Below, piece by piece: positions 11,795 through 22,722 of a stretch of DNA of 33,645 nucleotides; position 1 is the stretch's first letter, and every line of letters begins with the position of its first letter. The position numbers were made by a program, and so were the translations under genes. The stretch spans positions 1 to 33,645 of the forward strand of contig JYFJ02004254.1 in the NCBI GenBank assembly GCA_000934665.2, written 5' to 3'. This DNA is from Catajapyx aquilonaris. Its lineage: Eukaryota. A model generated the notes under the pieces. The model was not told the origin of the DNA, made no database searches, and saw only the letters and a program-made list of their open reading frames with translations.

Positions 11795-12818
11795 TTAGGT
11801 TTCTATGTTCATTAGCATTTACGCCACCCTGTCAAAAACTTGATCAATATTTTTTTCGTGATCATTTGGGTCTAGGTCTTCACTTATAGGCATGACTGTG
11901 TAGTTTAGCATAGTGTGGCAGCAATGAACATCTTCCTGGAGCTTGAAAATAGCATTTATGAAACAGTTGTTGCACACAACTTTTGTATTCTGTGACCACT
12001 GAAGAATTGAGTTTCAGGGTAAGGAAGTGAAACAGTCACTGTCAAAACATGAGGGGCATTGCTGGTTTTCACTTTGCAACAAATGCTCAAACCCCTAACC
12101 CACCTCCACTAAATAGGCAGCGTCTGGACCCTTCCATCTTCTTCTGATGCTGAACTGATCAATTTGGACAGCTAATTTCAGAAAGTAATTTGCTTATAGT
12201 TCAGATAGAGAATTTTGCCTTTTCCATTGCCAATCATTTGCATTCCTGAACTGCCTGAACTATGCTTTAGTTAAGTTGACAGTTACGGGCCTAGAAGGGT
12301 GGCTATATGGACGAGTGAGGGGAAAGCATAGGGGTTGGGTGGGTATGGGGCAATTAAGTGTTGAAGTGATTAGCACTTTTTTGTCATTAGGGTGCTTATT
12401 TTTAAGCAATTACTTTTAGTGGTTATCAAAAGTATTACATGCTAATATTAGGCCAAATTGATTCACCTATCCAATATTTGAACTGCAATGAATTTATGAT
12501 TAGGAATGGTCTGATTGGAACAATAGTTGGCATTGAACAGCAATACTGGAACCCTGATTGATCCCATATTTGCAGGCATTAAAAAGATGGGCCTGTTCAA
12601 TCTAACATTAGCAGATAATACTTAATTGATAAGTACAATGAAATAACTATTCAACAGTAATATTGCTTAAATTAAGCAGCTTATGCCAAAAATTTCTAAC
12701 TTCTATGGACAATCTAATTGGAACACCATGCATACAGTATATGGGAAAATGTGTCTTTGTAACATCTGAAGTCTTCCATACTATAATGCTTCTTACATGA
12801 TGCCATTTCCCTTTTCAG

Positions 12819-13001
12819 GCAGCAGATTTAACAAAGCCAGTAGACAAACGTGTGTACAAAGGGACAAACCCAACCTGCCATGATTTCAACCAAGCAACAG
12901 CCACTGCTGAGAGTGCATCCTTGCTGGTAGGCTTCTCGGGAGGCCAGATTCAGCTCATTGACCCCATTCGTAAGGAACTCAGCAAACTCTATAATGAGGA
13001 G
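12819..13001 (+). CDS. WDR20: WDR20 coding exon 2
   Basis: Acceptor cttttcag|; AADLTKPVDKRVYKGTNPTCHDFNQ...LLVGFSGGQIQLIDPIRKELSKLYNEE; donor GAG|GTGAGA, phase 0. Confidence 0.95.
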
Positions 13002-13459
13002 GTGAGATTCACTTGTTTTGTTACAGAGAGTTATCACTCTTCGGCAAGCTAGGGTGCTTTCTGTCCATGACCAATTTTTTTGAACCCAGTCTTATTTGAT
13101 GTGGAATATTTATACAAGAAGAAAAGTGCCTATGACCTATTTGAATGGACTTTGATGATTTGAGCATTGATTTTAAGACATATTGATATAACATTAACAA
13201 TCATGGATAAGAGGAGTCATTTTAAAGTGCATGCATAAGCTCTATTTCAATACCTTCATAAGCACAGACATGTCTACTTGGTGCTGATTTTGGAATGAAG
13301 AGACTTATCCAGGGTACACGCACCTTGGAATACCTGTGGCAGGCCTTAGACCTTAGAGCAGTGGTTCCAAACCTTTACCAAGTCGCGACCCTCTTGTATA
13401 ATAGCCAAGTAACCTGCGGACCTCCTCTCTCTCCCCTCTGATAATTTTCTCCAAATTAA

Positions 13460-13843
13460 TGGCGCCGGATACCTAAGTGATTTTTCAGAATTGCGTTCCA
13501 AGTTTGGCTGAGTCACTGGTGCAGCGTTCTCTTCGCACCACTGATGCAGGCGTCTCGCCAGAGGTACAGACCTGATATTTTCACAGCATGGCGAGGAAGG
13601 ACCAATTGAGCCCCCGACATAGTTTCGATCAATTAGAATAATAATTGCGAGATCTACGAAGGGAATAGTTTTTGAAAAACGGCTCACGACATCTTGGCTC
13701 CGGATTCGAATTTGGAAACTATCTCGAAGTTGTTCGATGGCAAAAGTTTTCCTCTTTTACTCCTCCAAAGCGCGATTAAATTGGGCTATTGGTTTTTGCA
13801 CAGCTATTAATATTAATAATAATAATAACAATAATAAATAATA

Positions 13844-13916
<73 letters not shown>

Positions 13917-14795
13917 GGGTATAGGGCCGTACCTCAGCTGAGGTTTTGACATAGACCTTTATTGCCAAGATGTACATTGATTTTGGACAACGAAGATCCC
14001 TGGTCCGAGGGCAGGGTGACTGGGAGGGGATGTGCGATGTGCAGTGCAATGTCGGCACTATGGTCATTTTGTGAGCTCCCCGGGTGGTTCGTCTATCGGA
14101 AATCCCACCCTAGACGAAGCCGGAGATGACCCTGAACTCCGCGCGAGATGAAAGGGGGGAATGCCCGGGCTTGGTATCGAACCCGGGATAATTATCCTTC
14201 CATCCGTGGGCGCGTACGTTACCGCAGCGCCACTTCGCCTTCCCAATGCACAGCTATTAAAACAGTTTCACCACCTCACCTCGTAAAATCGGAGGGAGTA
14301 CTTCCGAAATAGAACAGTAGGTTCCCTGTTGCCCATGTGCTTTTTAAATTATTTAGCCCGAACCAGTTCCCTGCCAACCTGGACAGGGAACCAACTGTTC
14401 TACGTTCGAAAGTTTTTACGAGGTGAGGTGATGAGACCGTTTTAATAGCTGTGCAAAAACCAATAGCCCAAATTAATCGCGCTTTGGAGGAGTAAGAGAG
14501 AACCACTTTTGCCATCGCACAACTTTGAGATAGTTTCCAAATTCGAATCCGGAGCCAAGATGTCGTGAGCCATTTTTCAAAAACTCTTCCCCTTGTAGAT
14601 CTCGCAATTATTATTCTAATGGATCGAAACTCCGTCGGGGGCTCAATTGGCCCTTCTTAGCCATGCTGTCAAAAATTCATGTCCGTACCTCGAGCGAGAC
14701 GCCCGCATCGGCGGTGCGAAGAGTACGCTGCATCAGTGACTCAGCCAAACTTGGAGTCACGTGATTCTGAAAAATCGCACAGGTATCCAGCGCCC
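13460..14795. mobile_element. Kolobok-like foldback element (TTAA TSD, G-rich termini, ~400-bp arms)
   Basis: TTAA-(T/G)GGCGC(C/T)GGATACCT...AGGTATCCAGCGCCC-TTAA; arms align in inverted orientation once SINE A copy 2 is removed. Confidence 0.75.
13811..14246 (-). mobile_element. tRNA-derived SINE, family A, copy 2 with long (ATT)n tail
   Basis: Same head/body as copy 1; 14-bp TSD TGCACAGCTATTAA at 13797-13810 and 14247-14260; inserted in the left arm of the 13460-14795 foldback. Confidence 0.9.
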
Positions 14796-14878
14796 TTAAG
14801 ACTAATATCTGGCAGAATATTTTCTAGGTCTACTTTTCTGGTATGATCCATATTGATGTTAGGATATAGCCTACAGTA

Positions 14879-15125
14879 GGGAGATGAAGTGGCGTCGCGG
14901 TAACGCGTGCGCCCACGGATATGAAGGTCCCGGGTTCAATCCCCACCTGGGGTTCCCACCTTTATTCGTGCAGAGTTGGGCCACTTCATTGCGGGTGAAA
15001 ATTTCCTAAAGACTAATCCACCTGGGGGAAAATTATGCTCATGTGCGGCTAGAGGGAGCAGGCATCGCATCATGTGATCCAGAGGGAAGCGACCCTTGGA
15101 AAGCGCCATCCAGTCAATAAAATAC
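14879..15125 (+). mobile_element. tRNA-derived SINE, family A, diverged copy 3
   Basis: Head GAAGTGGCGTCGCGGTAACGCGTGCGCCCACGGAT...GGTTCAATCC and body (CGTGCAGAGTT, CCACCTGGGGG) match copies 1-2; 3' end approximate, no clear TSD. Confidence 0.7.
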
Positions 15126-16223
15126 TAGTTGAAGGCTATAATTATCATGGTAACATTTGACCTTTTTTCAGAAGTATTGCCATGATGATTTAGCTATTTA
15201 TCCCACTGCTACACTAGTCATAGAAGTGTTTAGGTTGTTACTGGAACCCCATCTTAACCTTATCCTTCACTTCATCACCCGTCTGGTATCGCAACTGGGC
15301 AAAGCTGTCTACAGTTCACCAAAAACATGACAATCACAGGGTGACAAGTCATTAATGTAGTGGGGGGCTGGGGTGGCTAATAACTTGCCACCTCAATTGC
15401 TGCATGAGATCTTCGATGGAATTTTCTCTGTGGGAGCGGGCATTCTCACAAGCAAGGATTTCAATTGGACGGCACTTTCAGTGGGTAGCTTTCTTTTCGA
15501 TCACGTGATGTGTTGCTTGCTCCCTCTAGCTGCGCATGCGTGTAATTTTCTTTAGGGTTTGAAGGTTATCCCTGCCAATTGGTGTTATTGGCGGTCCCAT
15601 AGGTTTTCCACAATAAATACGGCTCGTTTTTTTTTTACTGCACCTAGTATATCAGAAATTGAGTTTGAATGCAGCCCAGGAGTGACTAATCTGTAAACTT
15701 GTGACTGCTGTTGCTGCTGGGACTGTCAACTTGGACAGAGAAACACCCCATATACTGGACTTGAATATCAGTCATTATCCCAGGCATTCTTTGTGGACCC
15801 GTTGTGGCAAGCCAACAGGCTGCTGCTGGTTGAAGACTGATGACAGGCATAATTTTGTCTGGAAGAGGATAAGTGGTGATACTTGAGCTTAATGATGTGA
15901 TAACCTGTTGACCGAATTGAAAGCCACTGCTGTAGGCTTAGCACATGGGATAAATTCGGGAAGAGTTCTTCACTTTTTTTATAATTTTTCTTCCTTGTTT
16001 ATTTTTTTTGCAGTTGATTTGTTGTCGTCATATTATTAAGAATTAATAGAATGTGATAGTGTTATCCAGCAATTGCATTTTATGTGAACAACTTCTTAGG
16101 TACCTTCTCATAATACATTGCTTACTGGAGCCCTGGTGTTTAATCAGGTACATGTAATCAGATTCGAGTTTTATTGAGATTGAAGGTATTATCATCACCA
16201 TTTTTTGTAATAAATGAGATGTA

Positions 16224-16925
16224 TAGGGTGTAATTGAATTGACCACTCAGACCTGTACCCGTGGCTTAATTGTCACCAGAGGATCGTGTTATGTAGAGGA
16301 GTCATTATGTCTGGGCAGCCTCATTACTGAGATAATTGATCATTTGCGATTTAGCAATTGGGCCTAAGAGCGATTGTCAAATAGCAGTGACAAGTGCGTG
16401 TCAGTGCGTACCATGCGACATGCTAGTAGTCAAATGGAAAAGCTGCTATTATTTGACTGGTGATGCAATTTCGAGGCTGAAGGTTTCCATACCTCCCAGG
16501 ATACTTTGTACTTGTCGTTTGAAGGCAATTATCTCAGTAATGAGGCTGCCCAGACATAATGACTCCTCTACATAACATAATCCTCTGGTGACAATTAAGC
16601 CACAGGTACAGGTCTGGCTCAGGTCTATGACACTCCTCGAATATGGCAGTAAAAACTGTCACATGGTTTGCTAAGACGCCATCTTGTTCAAGGTGCAACT
16701 TCTGTGGTAGGTAGCGGGTAGTCTGCTGCAATTGGCTGGATCTTTCCTGCCGCAGACTTACCACTAGAGTGCACCTTGGAAAAGATGGCGGATAGCGAAC
16801 GATGTAGCACCGCCAGCGCCAAAAGTCCAGCCTGGGGGCCACACAGAAATTAAACTACCGTATCCATACAACTAAGGGGGAAGTGACATGGAGCTGGTCT
16901 GACTGGTCCATTCAATTACACCCTG
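16224..16925. mobile_element. Tc1/mariner-type MITE hosting an inner palindromic MITE
   Basis: 30-bp TIR (T/C)AGGGTGTAATTGAAT(T/G)GACCA(C/G)TCAGACC flanked by TA on both sides. Confidence 0.7.
16258..16606. mobile_element. Inner MITE with ~80-bp TIRs, TA TSD
   Basis: CC(C/T)GTGGCTTAATTGTCACCAGAGGAT...CCTCATTACTGAGATAATTG inverted at both ends. Confidence 0.75.
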
Positions 16926-17287
16926 TATTAGTGCCTGAGTTTGCTGTGAGTCATTTTGTCATTAGTTGTCAAGAGCGTTCTAGAGCGTTATGGAAAAAAT
17001 ATGTCCGAAGATAACAAGTAAAAACATTGTTTACTTAACAACAACAACAACAACAATAATAATAATCATCATAATATTGATGATGATAATGATAATGATA
17101 ATAACCAGGATCTTTTAATAACATCAGTGTGAAGTTGAGGTTATAGTTGAAGCTTGCTTGATTAGATCAGGCAGAAAGGGAATGAAGTCACTACCAGCCT
17201 TGTTAAGAATACTGAAATTTTATGGAAATTACCAGGTTTGAATGATCAATGTTCAGTAATTGTTTTTTTCTCTCTCTCTCCTTTCAG

Positions 17288-17765
17288 AGGCTAATAGACA
17301 AGACAAGAGTGACTTGTGTTAGATGGGTTCCACATTCCCCATCTCTGTTTCTGGCTGCCCATGCTTCAGGTCAGCTGTATGTGTACAGTGAGGATCTCCC
17401 TTGTGGTTCAACTGCTCCACATTATCAGCTCTCAAGGCAAGCAGATGGTGCGAGTGTGTTTACTAGCAAGTCCCGGAATTCTCGCAATCCCTTATATCGA
17501 TGGGCCCTCGGAGAGTGTGGTGCTGCAGTGAATGAGGTTTCCTTCAGCCCATGTGGCACCTACTTGGCATCTGCAGGGCAAGATGGGTGTCTAAGGGTGT
17601 TCAGGTTTGACTCCATGGAGCCTGCAGGAATGGCTCGATCATACTTTGGGGGACTCTTGTGCGTGGGGTGGTCACCTGATGGAAGGCTTGTGGCTGCTGG
17701 AGGAGAAGATGACCTCGTCACTGTGTTCAGCATTACAGAAAGGAGGGTTGTTGCCAGGGGGCAAG
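17288..17765 (+). CDS. WDR20: WDR20 coding exon 3 (WD40 repeats)
   Basis: Acceptor ctttcag|AGG; RLIDKTRVTCVRWVP...SYFGGLLCVGWSPDGR...GGEDDLVTV...VVARGQ; donor CAAG|GTGAGT, phase 1. Confidence 0.96.
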
Positions 17766-17857
17766 GTGAGTTGACTCAGAACAGGATTTTTACATGTTAC
17801 TGATATTTTATGAGGGTAAGTAAATGCTGTCAGGAGTTGTTTAGGCTGATTGTACAG

Positions 17858-19883
17858 TAGGGCGGCTCGAAAAACACTTTTTTTCGAAAGTTGTAGTTCG
17901 CTAGTGAAAAAAAGTTGTGTTGGGCGATCCTTTTGACAGGTAAAAAATCTGAGTCATGTGGGTTAATATCCTACGTCTCCGCCAGGGGCGTAAGTGACGC
18001 AACTTCCGGGTTTTCTTTTTTGGTGTGCGAGTACACTTACCCGGCCTAAACATGAAAAGTTAAGGCCCTTTGGGGGTGAAATGTCGTTATTTTTGCGATA
18101 TCTTGCACCGTTGACGAGATATTGACCAAAACCCCAGGTTCAAAAATTACACCGTTCTGCAAAAAAACACACTCTTTCGCTCTTTTGAAAACATTTATGT
18201 GCTTTTTATGGATTTTGGGGTGCTGAATCCGAATCCGGCAACAGATTCCCTCTATCACGTATGGTTTTAGAGATATATCGTTTTAAAACTTTGGACGGTT
18301 TACTAGGGGTCTTTCCGAATCAAGTGGGCCTAATGTTGCTAGACCGCCTCGGATCTTGGTGAAAATAATCCCAGATGTACTCATCTATTCCTTAATGCTG
18401 CCTATAAAAATTCATCCATATTGCTCAATACTATGATGAGGGGAAAAATCGCAAACATCTGGAAATGGCTGAGAATGAGGCCTTTTTTGGAGATTTTTTT
18501 TTTTTTTTCGGTTAGTGCAAGTGGTCAAACCCCAATGAACATACATATCAAAAGAAAGGGAAACACCAGGACAATGTGCCTGTGAATTAGGTTTCCTCTA
18601 AACTGTAAAAATAAATTTTTATAGCATTTCACTGGTCACTTGCTCAGTCACATGCCCAAGAATATATTGTGACCTCAACAATATTATTATAATCGACTGC
18701 CTTTGACCGACTCCCTCTCATACCTTTTACACTTATACAAAAACGTATATCACTGGTTCGGGCTGTCCTGCGGAGAAAACCCTTACGCAGTCCTGGAAAT
18801 ACACTTCGACAAACAACTGTGAAAAACAACGATTCTTGATTTAAGTGTCGTGTCTCCCAAAATTTGAGGTTTCTCAAAGGCTGTACGTGATAGAGCCATT
18901 CTGACTTCAGATCTGGATTCAGCACACCTTAATCTATATAGTCCATCTGCTTTTATCCAAAACATAATTTTTATGCAGCCATTCTGACTTCAGATCTGGA
19001 TTCAGCACACCTTAATCTATATAGTCCATCTGCTTTTATCCAAAACATAATTTTTATGCAGAACATGTTGAGGCCACAATATATTCTTGGGCATGTGACT
19101 GAGCAAGTGACAAATGAAATGCTATAAAAATTTATTTTCGCATTTTAGAGGAAATCTAATTCATAGGCACATTGTCCTGGTGTTTCCCTTTCTTTTGATA
19201 TGTATGTTCATTGGGGTTTGACCACTTGCACTAACCGAAAAAAAAAATCTCCAAAAAAGGCCTCATTTTCAACCATTTCCAGATGTTTGCGATTTTTCCC
19301 CTCATCATAGTATTGAGCAATATGGATGAATTTTTATAGGCAGCATTAAGGAATAGATGAGTACATCTGGGATTATTTTCACCAAGATCCGAGGCGGTCT
19401 AGCAACATTAGGCCCACTTGATTTGGAAAGACCCCTAGTAAACCGTCCAAAGTTTTAAAACGATATATCTCTAAAACCATACGTGATAGAGGGAATCTGT
19501 TGCCGGATTCGGATTCAGCACCCCAAAATACATAAAAAGCACATAAAAGTTTTCAAAAGAGCGAAAGAGAGTGTTTTTTTGCAGAACTGTGTAATTTTTG
19601 AACCAGGGGTTTGGGTCAATATCTCGTCAACGGTGCAAGATATCGCAAAAATAACGACATTTCACCCCCAAAGGGCCTTAACTTTTCATGTTTAGGCCGG
19701 GTAAGTGTACTCGCACACCAAAAAAGAAAACCCGGAAGTTGCGTCACTTACGCCCCTGGCGGAGACGTAGGATATTAACCCACATGACTCAGATTTTTTA
19801 CCTGTCAAAAGGATCGCCCAACACAACTTTTTTTCACTAGCGAACTATAACTTTCGAAAAAAAGTGTTTTTCGAGCCGCCCTA
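17858..19883. mobile_element. Young hAT-like foldback element with ~830-bp TIRs
   Basis: TAGGGCGGCTCGAAAAAC termini, perfect 8-bp TSD TTGTACAG (17850-17857, 19884-19891); arms ~17858-18687 and ~19065-19883 nearly identical, giving mirrored ORFs 18046-18258(-) and 19483-19695(+). Confidence 0.92.
18894..19061. repeat. Exact 83-bp tandem duplication in the foldback spacer
   Basis: AGCCATTCTGACTTCAGATCTGGATTCAGCAC...ATAATTTTTATGC begins at 18894 and again at 18977. Confidence 0.9.
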
Positions 19884-19888
19884 TTGTA

Positions 19889-20048
19889 CAGTGATGGACA
19901 TTGAGCACGTCGTACAGCTAGCCACATTTTCCGAAGCGGCAGAAAAAGGAATCTTGCTCGCACGGCTTTTGCTCCTTTGCTTCGATTTTTTTTTCTGCCG
20001 CTTCGGAAAGTGTCGCTAGCAGTACGACGCGATTAATGTCCAACACTG
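19889..20048. mobile_element. 160-bp palindromic MITE, TA TSD
   Basis: TA-CAGTG(A/T)TGGACATT...AATGTCCAACACTG-TA; inner arms TTTCCGAAGCGGCAGAAAAA inverted. Confidence 0.78.
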
Positions 20049-20378
20049 TATTACTGCTAGTAAATGATGAACAACTAGTTCATAATTGATATGAAAAGCA
20101 ATTTACCCGTGCTTAGTATGGTACACACCTACTGTGACATTCTGTGCAGTTAAGGGGCTGTTTTACAGGGTGTCCCACTACTTACTTTACCCCGCATTTA
20201 TTTAAGAACTTTAACCCTTTAATTGGCCAACTTTGTAAGGACATTAGTAAAATTATGGCAGTTGTTTTTCTCTACTAAAATAATTGGTATGATATGCTGC
20301 AATCGATGAATTTCGTTTTTATTGTTGCCTTCCATGTTTTCAGCTATGTATCTCTAGAGATACATTGCCAATTAAGGA

Positions 20379-21155
20379 TAGCACAAGTAGGCAGGACGTT
20401 AAGTGACTCAACCGTGCATTTGGTGATGAAAGCATCAAATTTGGTACAAATGTCCTTAGGACCATACTCTTCAAATCCAGATATGGTGGCACGCCCGTTT
20501 TCGCCCCGGAGGTGGGTTGGCTACTCTGAAGTGAGTGAAAAGTCTTTCTGAGCGAACTGTGGTACTCGGGCGGATATGTGCCTAACAAAGGTTTTAGAGG
20601 AGAATGGATGCTACAAAAAGTATAGAGTACCTATTCTATGTACAGTCCATATTTTCAGAACCACAGCGTTCTCAAGTTGGGGGGTCAGGGACAAAAAAAA
20701 AGGGTCAACAGTGCACTTGGTAATATCAAAGCATGAAATTTGGTAGGAAAGTCCTTGGGACCATACTCTTCAAATTCAGATATGGCGCCACAAGCGTATT
20801 CGCCCAAGAGGCCTGTAATTGAAGCTTGGCTACCCTTCTGTGAGTGAAAAGTCTTTTTCAAGTCACTGTAGCTCCGAAAATACGGACTGTACTTGGAAAA
20901 GGTACTCTATACTTTTTGTAGCATACAATCTCCTCTACAACCTTCGTTAGGCACATATCCGCCTGAGAAGCACAGTTCGCTCAGAAAAAGACTTTTCACT
21001 CGCTTCAGGGTAGCCAACCTGCCTCTGGGGCGAAAACAGGCATGCTGCCGTATCTGGATTAGAAGAGTATGGTCCCAAGGAGATTTGTACCAAATTTCAT
21101 GCTTTCATCACCAAATGGACAGTTGAGTCCCTTAACATCCTGACTAACTGGGCTA
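20379..21155. mobile_element. Foldback element with TAG termini (possibly Academ-like)
   Basis: ~250-bp inverted arms (~20379-20632 and ~20900-21155) plus a third, diverged direct copy of the arm at ~20710-20860; no direct TSD seen. Confidence 0.6.
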
Positions 21156-21418
21156 CACTTGAATTGGCAATATATCTCCAGGGATACATATGTTAATTGC
21201 CAACTACTAAGCTCGGAATATTCGTTTTATGAGATCACTGAGAGGCTGGTCTGATCACATACTTCATGCACTCACTGGAGCTAATTTTTTGTCTCCCAAA
21301 ATCATGTTACGGCAATGCGGCAACCTCTTTCATTGCAGCCGCCATGTTGGATTCCTTTTTTTTTTCATGGTGCAGGCTTTTCCCAACAGATGGGGAAGTA
21401 TATTTATAAGTACTAGAG

Positions 21419-21715
21419 ATTCCAAAGCAGTTTAGTGGAGTGGCTGTAGGGTCCGACTGCTAATCGGGAGGCCCTGGGTTCGAGCCCCGGGGCCGGCAAC
21501 TCTAACCGTGGTTTTCTGTGGTTTCCCACGGTCCCTCCAGGAGAATTCCGGGATTGCTTCCTAATTTAAAAGGCCACAGCTGCCTCCTTCCTTCCCTATC
21601 CTATCCCAAAAAGCAAAAAGTAAACATGTAAGCAAGAGTTCCAGACAAAACAAAAATCCCCCCTAAAGAGCCGAAAAAGGCTGATAACGGGGTAAGATAT
21701 TATAAGATATTATTA
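21419..21715 (+). mobile_element. tRNA-derived SINE, family C (tail type 2)
   Basis: Same head/body; degenerate 15-bp TSD TTATAAGTACTAGAG / TTATAAGTGCTATAG; nested in the piggyBac-like element. Confidence 0.85.
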
Positions 21716-22039
21716 TTATAAGTGCTATAGGTTGTATCTCAGAAGATACACCATCCATTTTCGCGCACTTTCTCTCTGGCGGGCCCATTAAAAATGTTTG
21801 AAAACAATGTATCTCTACAGATACGATGCCAATTAAAGGGTTAACATGAATGAAGATAATGCAACGAAGTTTGAACTTAACTAACCTCATTATGTGAGAA
21901 AGTAAATGGCATCACAACATGTGCTGGAAATGGCCACCAATTGTGTCCAGGCAGGCCTCAACATGACTTGTCATATTTTGGAAGGTCCTGGCCAGCAAGC
22001 ACTGCCTGAATTTCTTGGATGATGGTTTTTTTCAAAGCG

Positions 22040-22375
22040 TCGATGGATCGTGGTTTGTTTCGGTGCACATTCCACACATCTCATGTCAGCATGGCCAAAA
22101 TGAAATCCTTTTCCAGTGACTGATTCATATTGAAGTGACTTTGGCCACTGTGGCATTGGCCCGACCTTATGCCGCCTAATTACTTCTTATGGGGCTATCT
22201 GAAAGCGCTAGTGTACCGAAACAAACTACGATCCATTGACGCCTTGTAATATAACATCATCTAAGAAATTCAGGCAGTGCCTCAGGTCACGCTGGCCAGC
22301 ACCTTCCAAAACATGGAGATACGTGTTCAGGCCTGCCTGGACACAAGTGGTGGGCATTTCCAGCACGTGTTGTGA
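22040..22375 (+). pseudogene. Decayed Tc1/mariner transposase C-terminus
   Basis: Frameshifted translation LWP...PDLMPPNYFLWGYLKALVYRNKLRSIDAL*..II*EIQAVPQVTLASTFQNMEIRVQACLDTSGGHFQHVL* matches the WPxRSPDLxPxDFFLWG...GGHF pattern. Confidence 0.85.
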
Positions 22376-22488
22376 TGTCATTTCCTTTCTCACATAGTAA
22401 GGTTAGTTTAGTTCAAATTTCATTACGATATCTTCATTTATGTTAAAGTTACTAAAGAAATGCCGGGTAAAGTAAGTAGTGGGACACC

Positions 22489-22722
22489 TTTATAATGGAT
22501 ATATTTAAGGAGGTTGGCCCAGCATTGCCTTTCAACCTCCAAGGATAGGGAAGGAAGGAAGCAGCTGTGGCCTATTATACGGAAGCAACCCCGGAATTAT
22601 CCTAGAAAGACCGTGGAAAACCACAGAAAACCACGATCAAGGTTTCCGGCCCCGGGATTCGAACCCAGGACCTCCCGATTAGCAGTCGGACGCCTTATCC
22701 ACTATGCCAACCTGCTTCGGTA
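22489..22722 (-). mobile_element. tRNA-derived SINE, family C (tail type 3)
   Basis: Same head/body on minus strand; 15-bp TSD AAGTAGTGGGACACC at 22474-22488 and 22723-22737, inside the right TIR of the Tc1/mariner element. Confidence 0.88.

Larger units (their letters stand above)
20215..21840. mobile_element. piggyBac-like non-autonomous element (possibly two tandem units)
   Basis: TTAA-CCCTTTAATTGGC...GCCAATTAAAGGG-TTAA: perfect 13-bp TIR and TTAA TSD. Confidence 0.85.

Noticed and set aside
13359..15929. Possible hAT element CAGTGGTTCCAAACC...GAAAGCCACTG enclosing the Kolobok-like element
   Set aside because: Ends match only loosely and the 8-bp flanks differ (CCTTAGAG vs CTGTAGGC); at most a left-end fragment.
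18046..19695. Two near-identical 70-aa ORFs on opposite strands
   Set aside because: By-product of the foldback arms; non-ATG starts and no recognisable domain.
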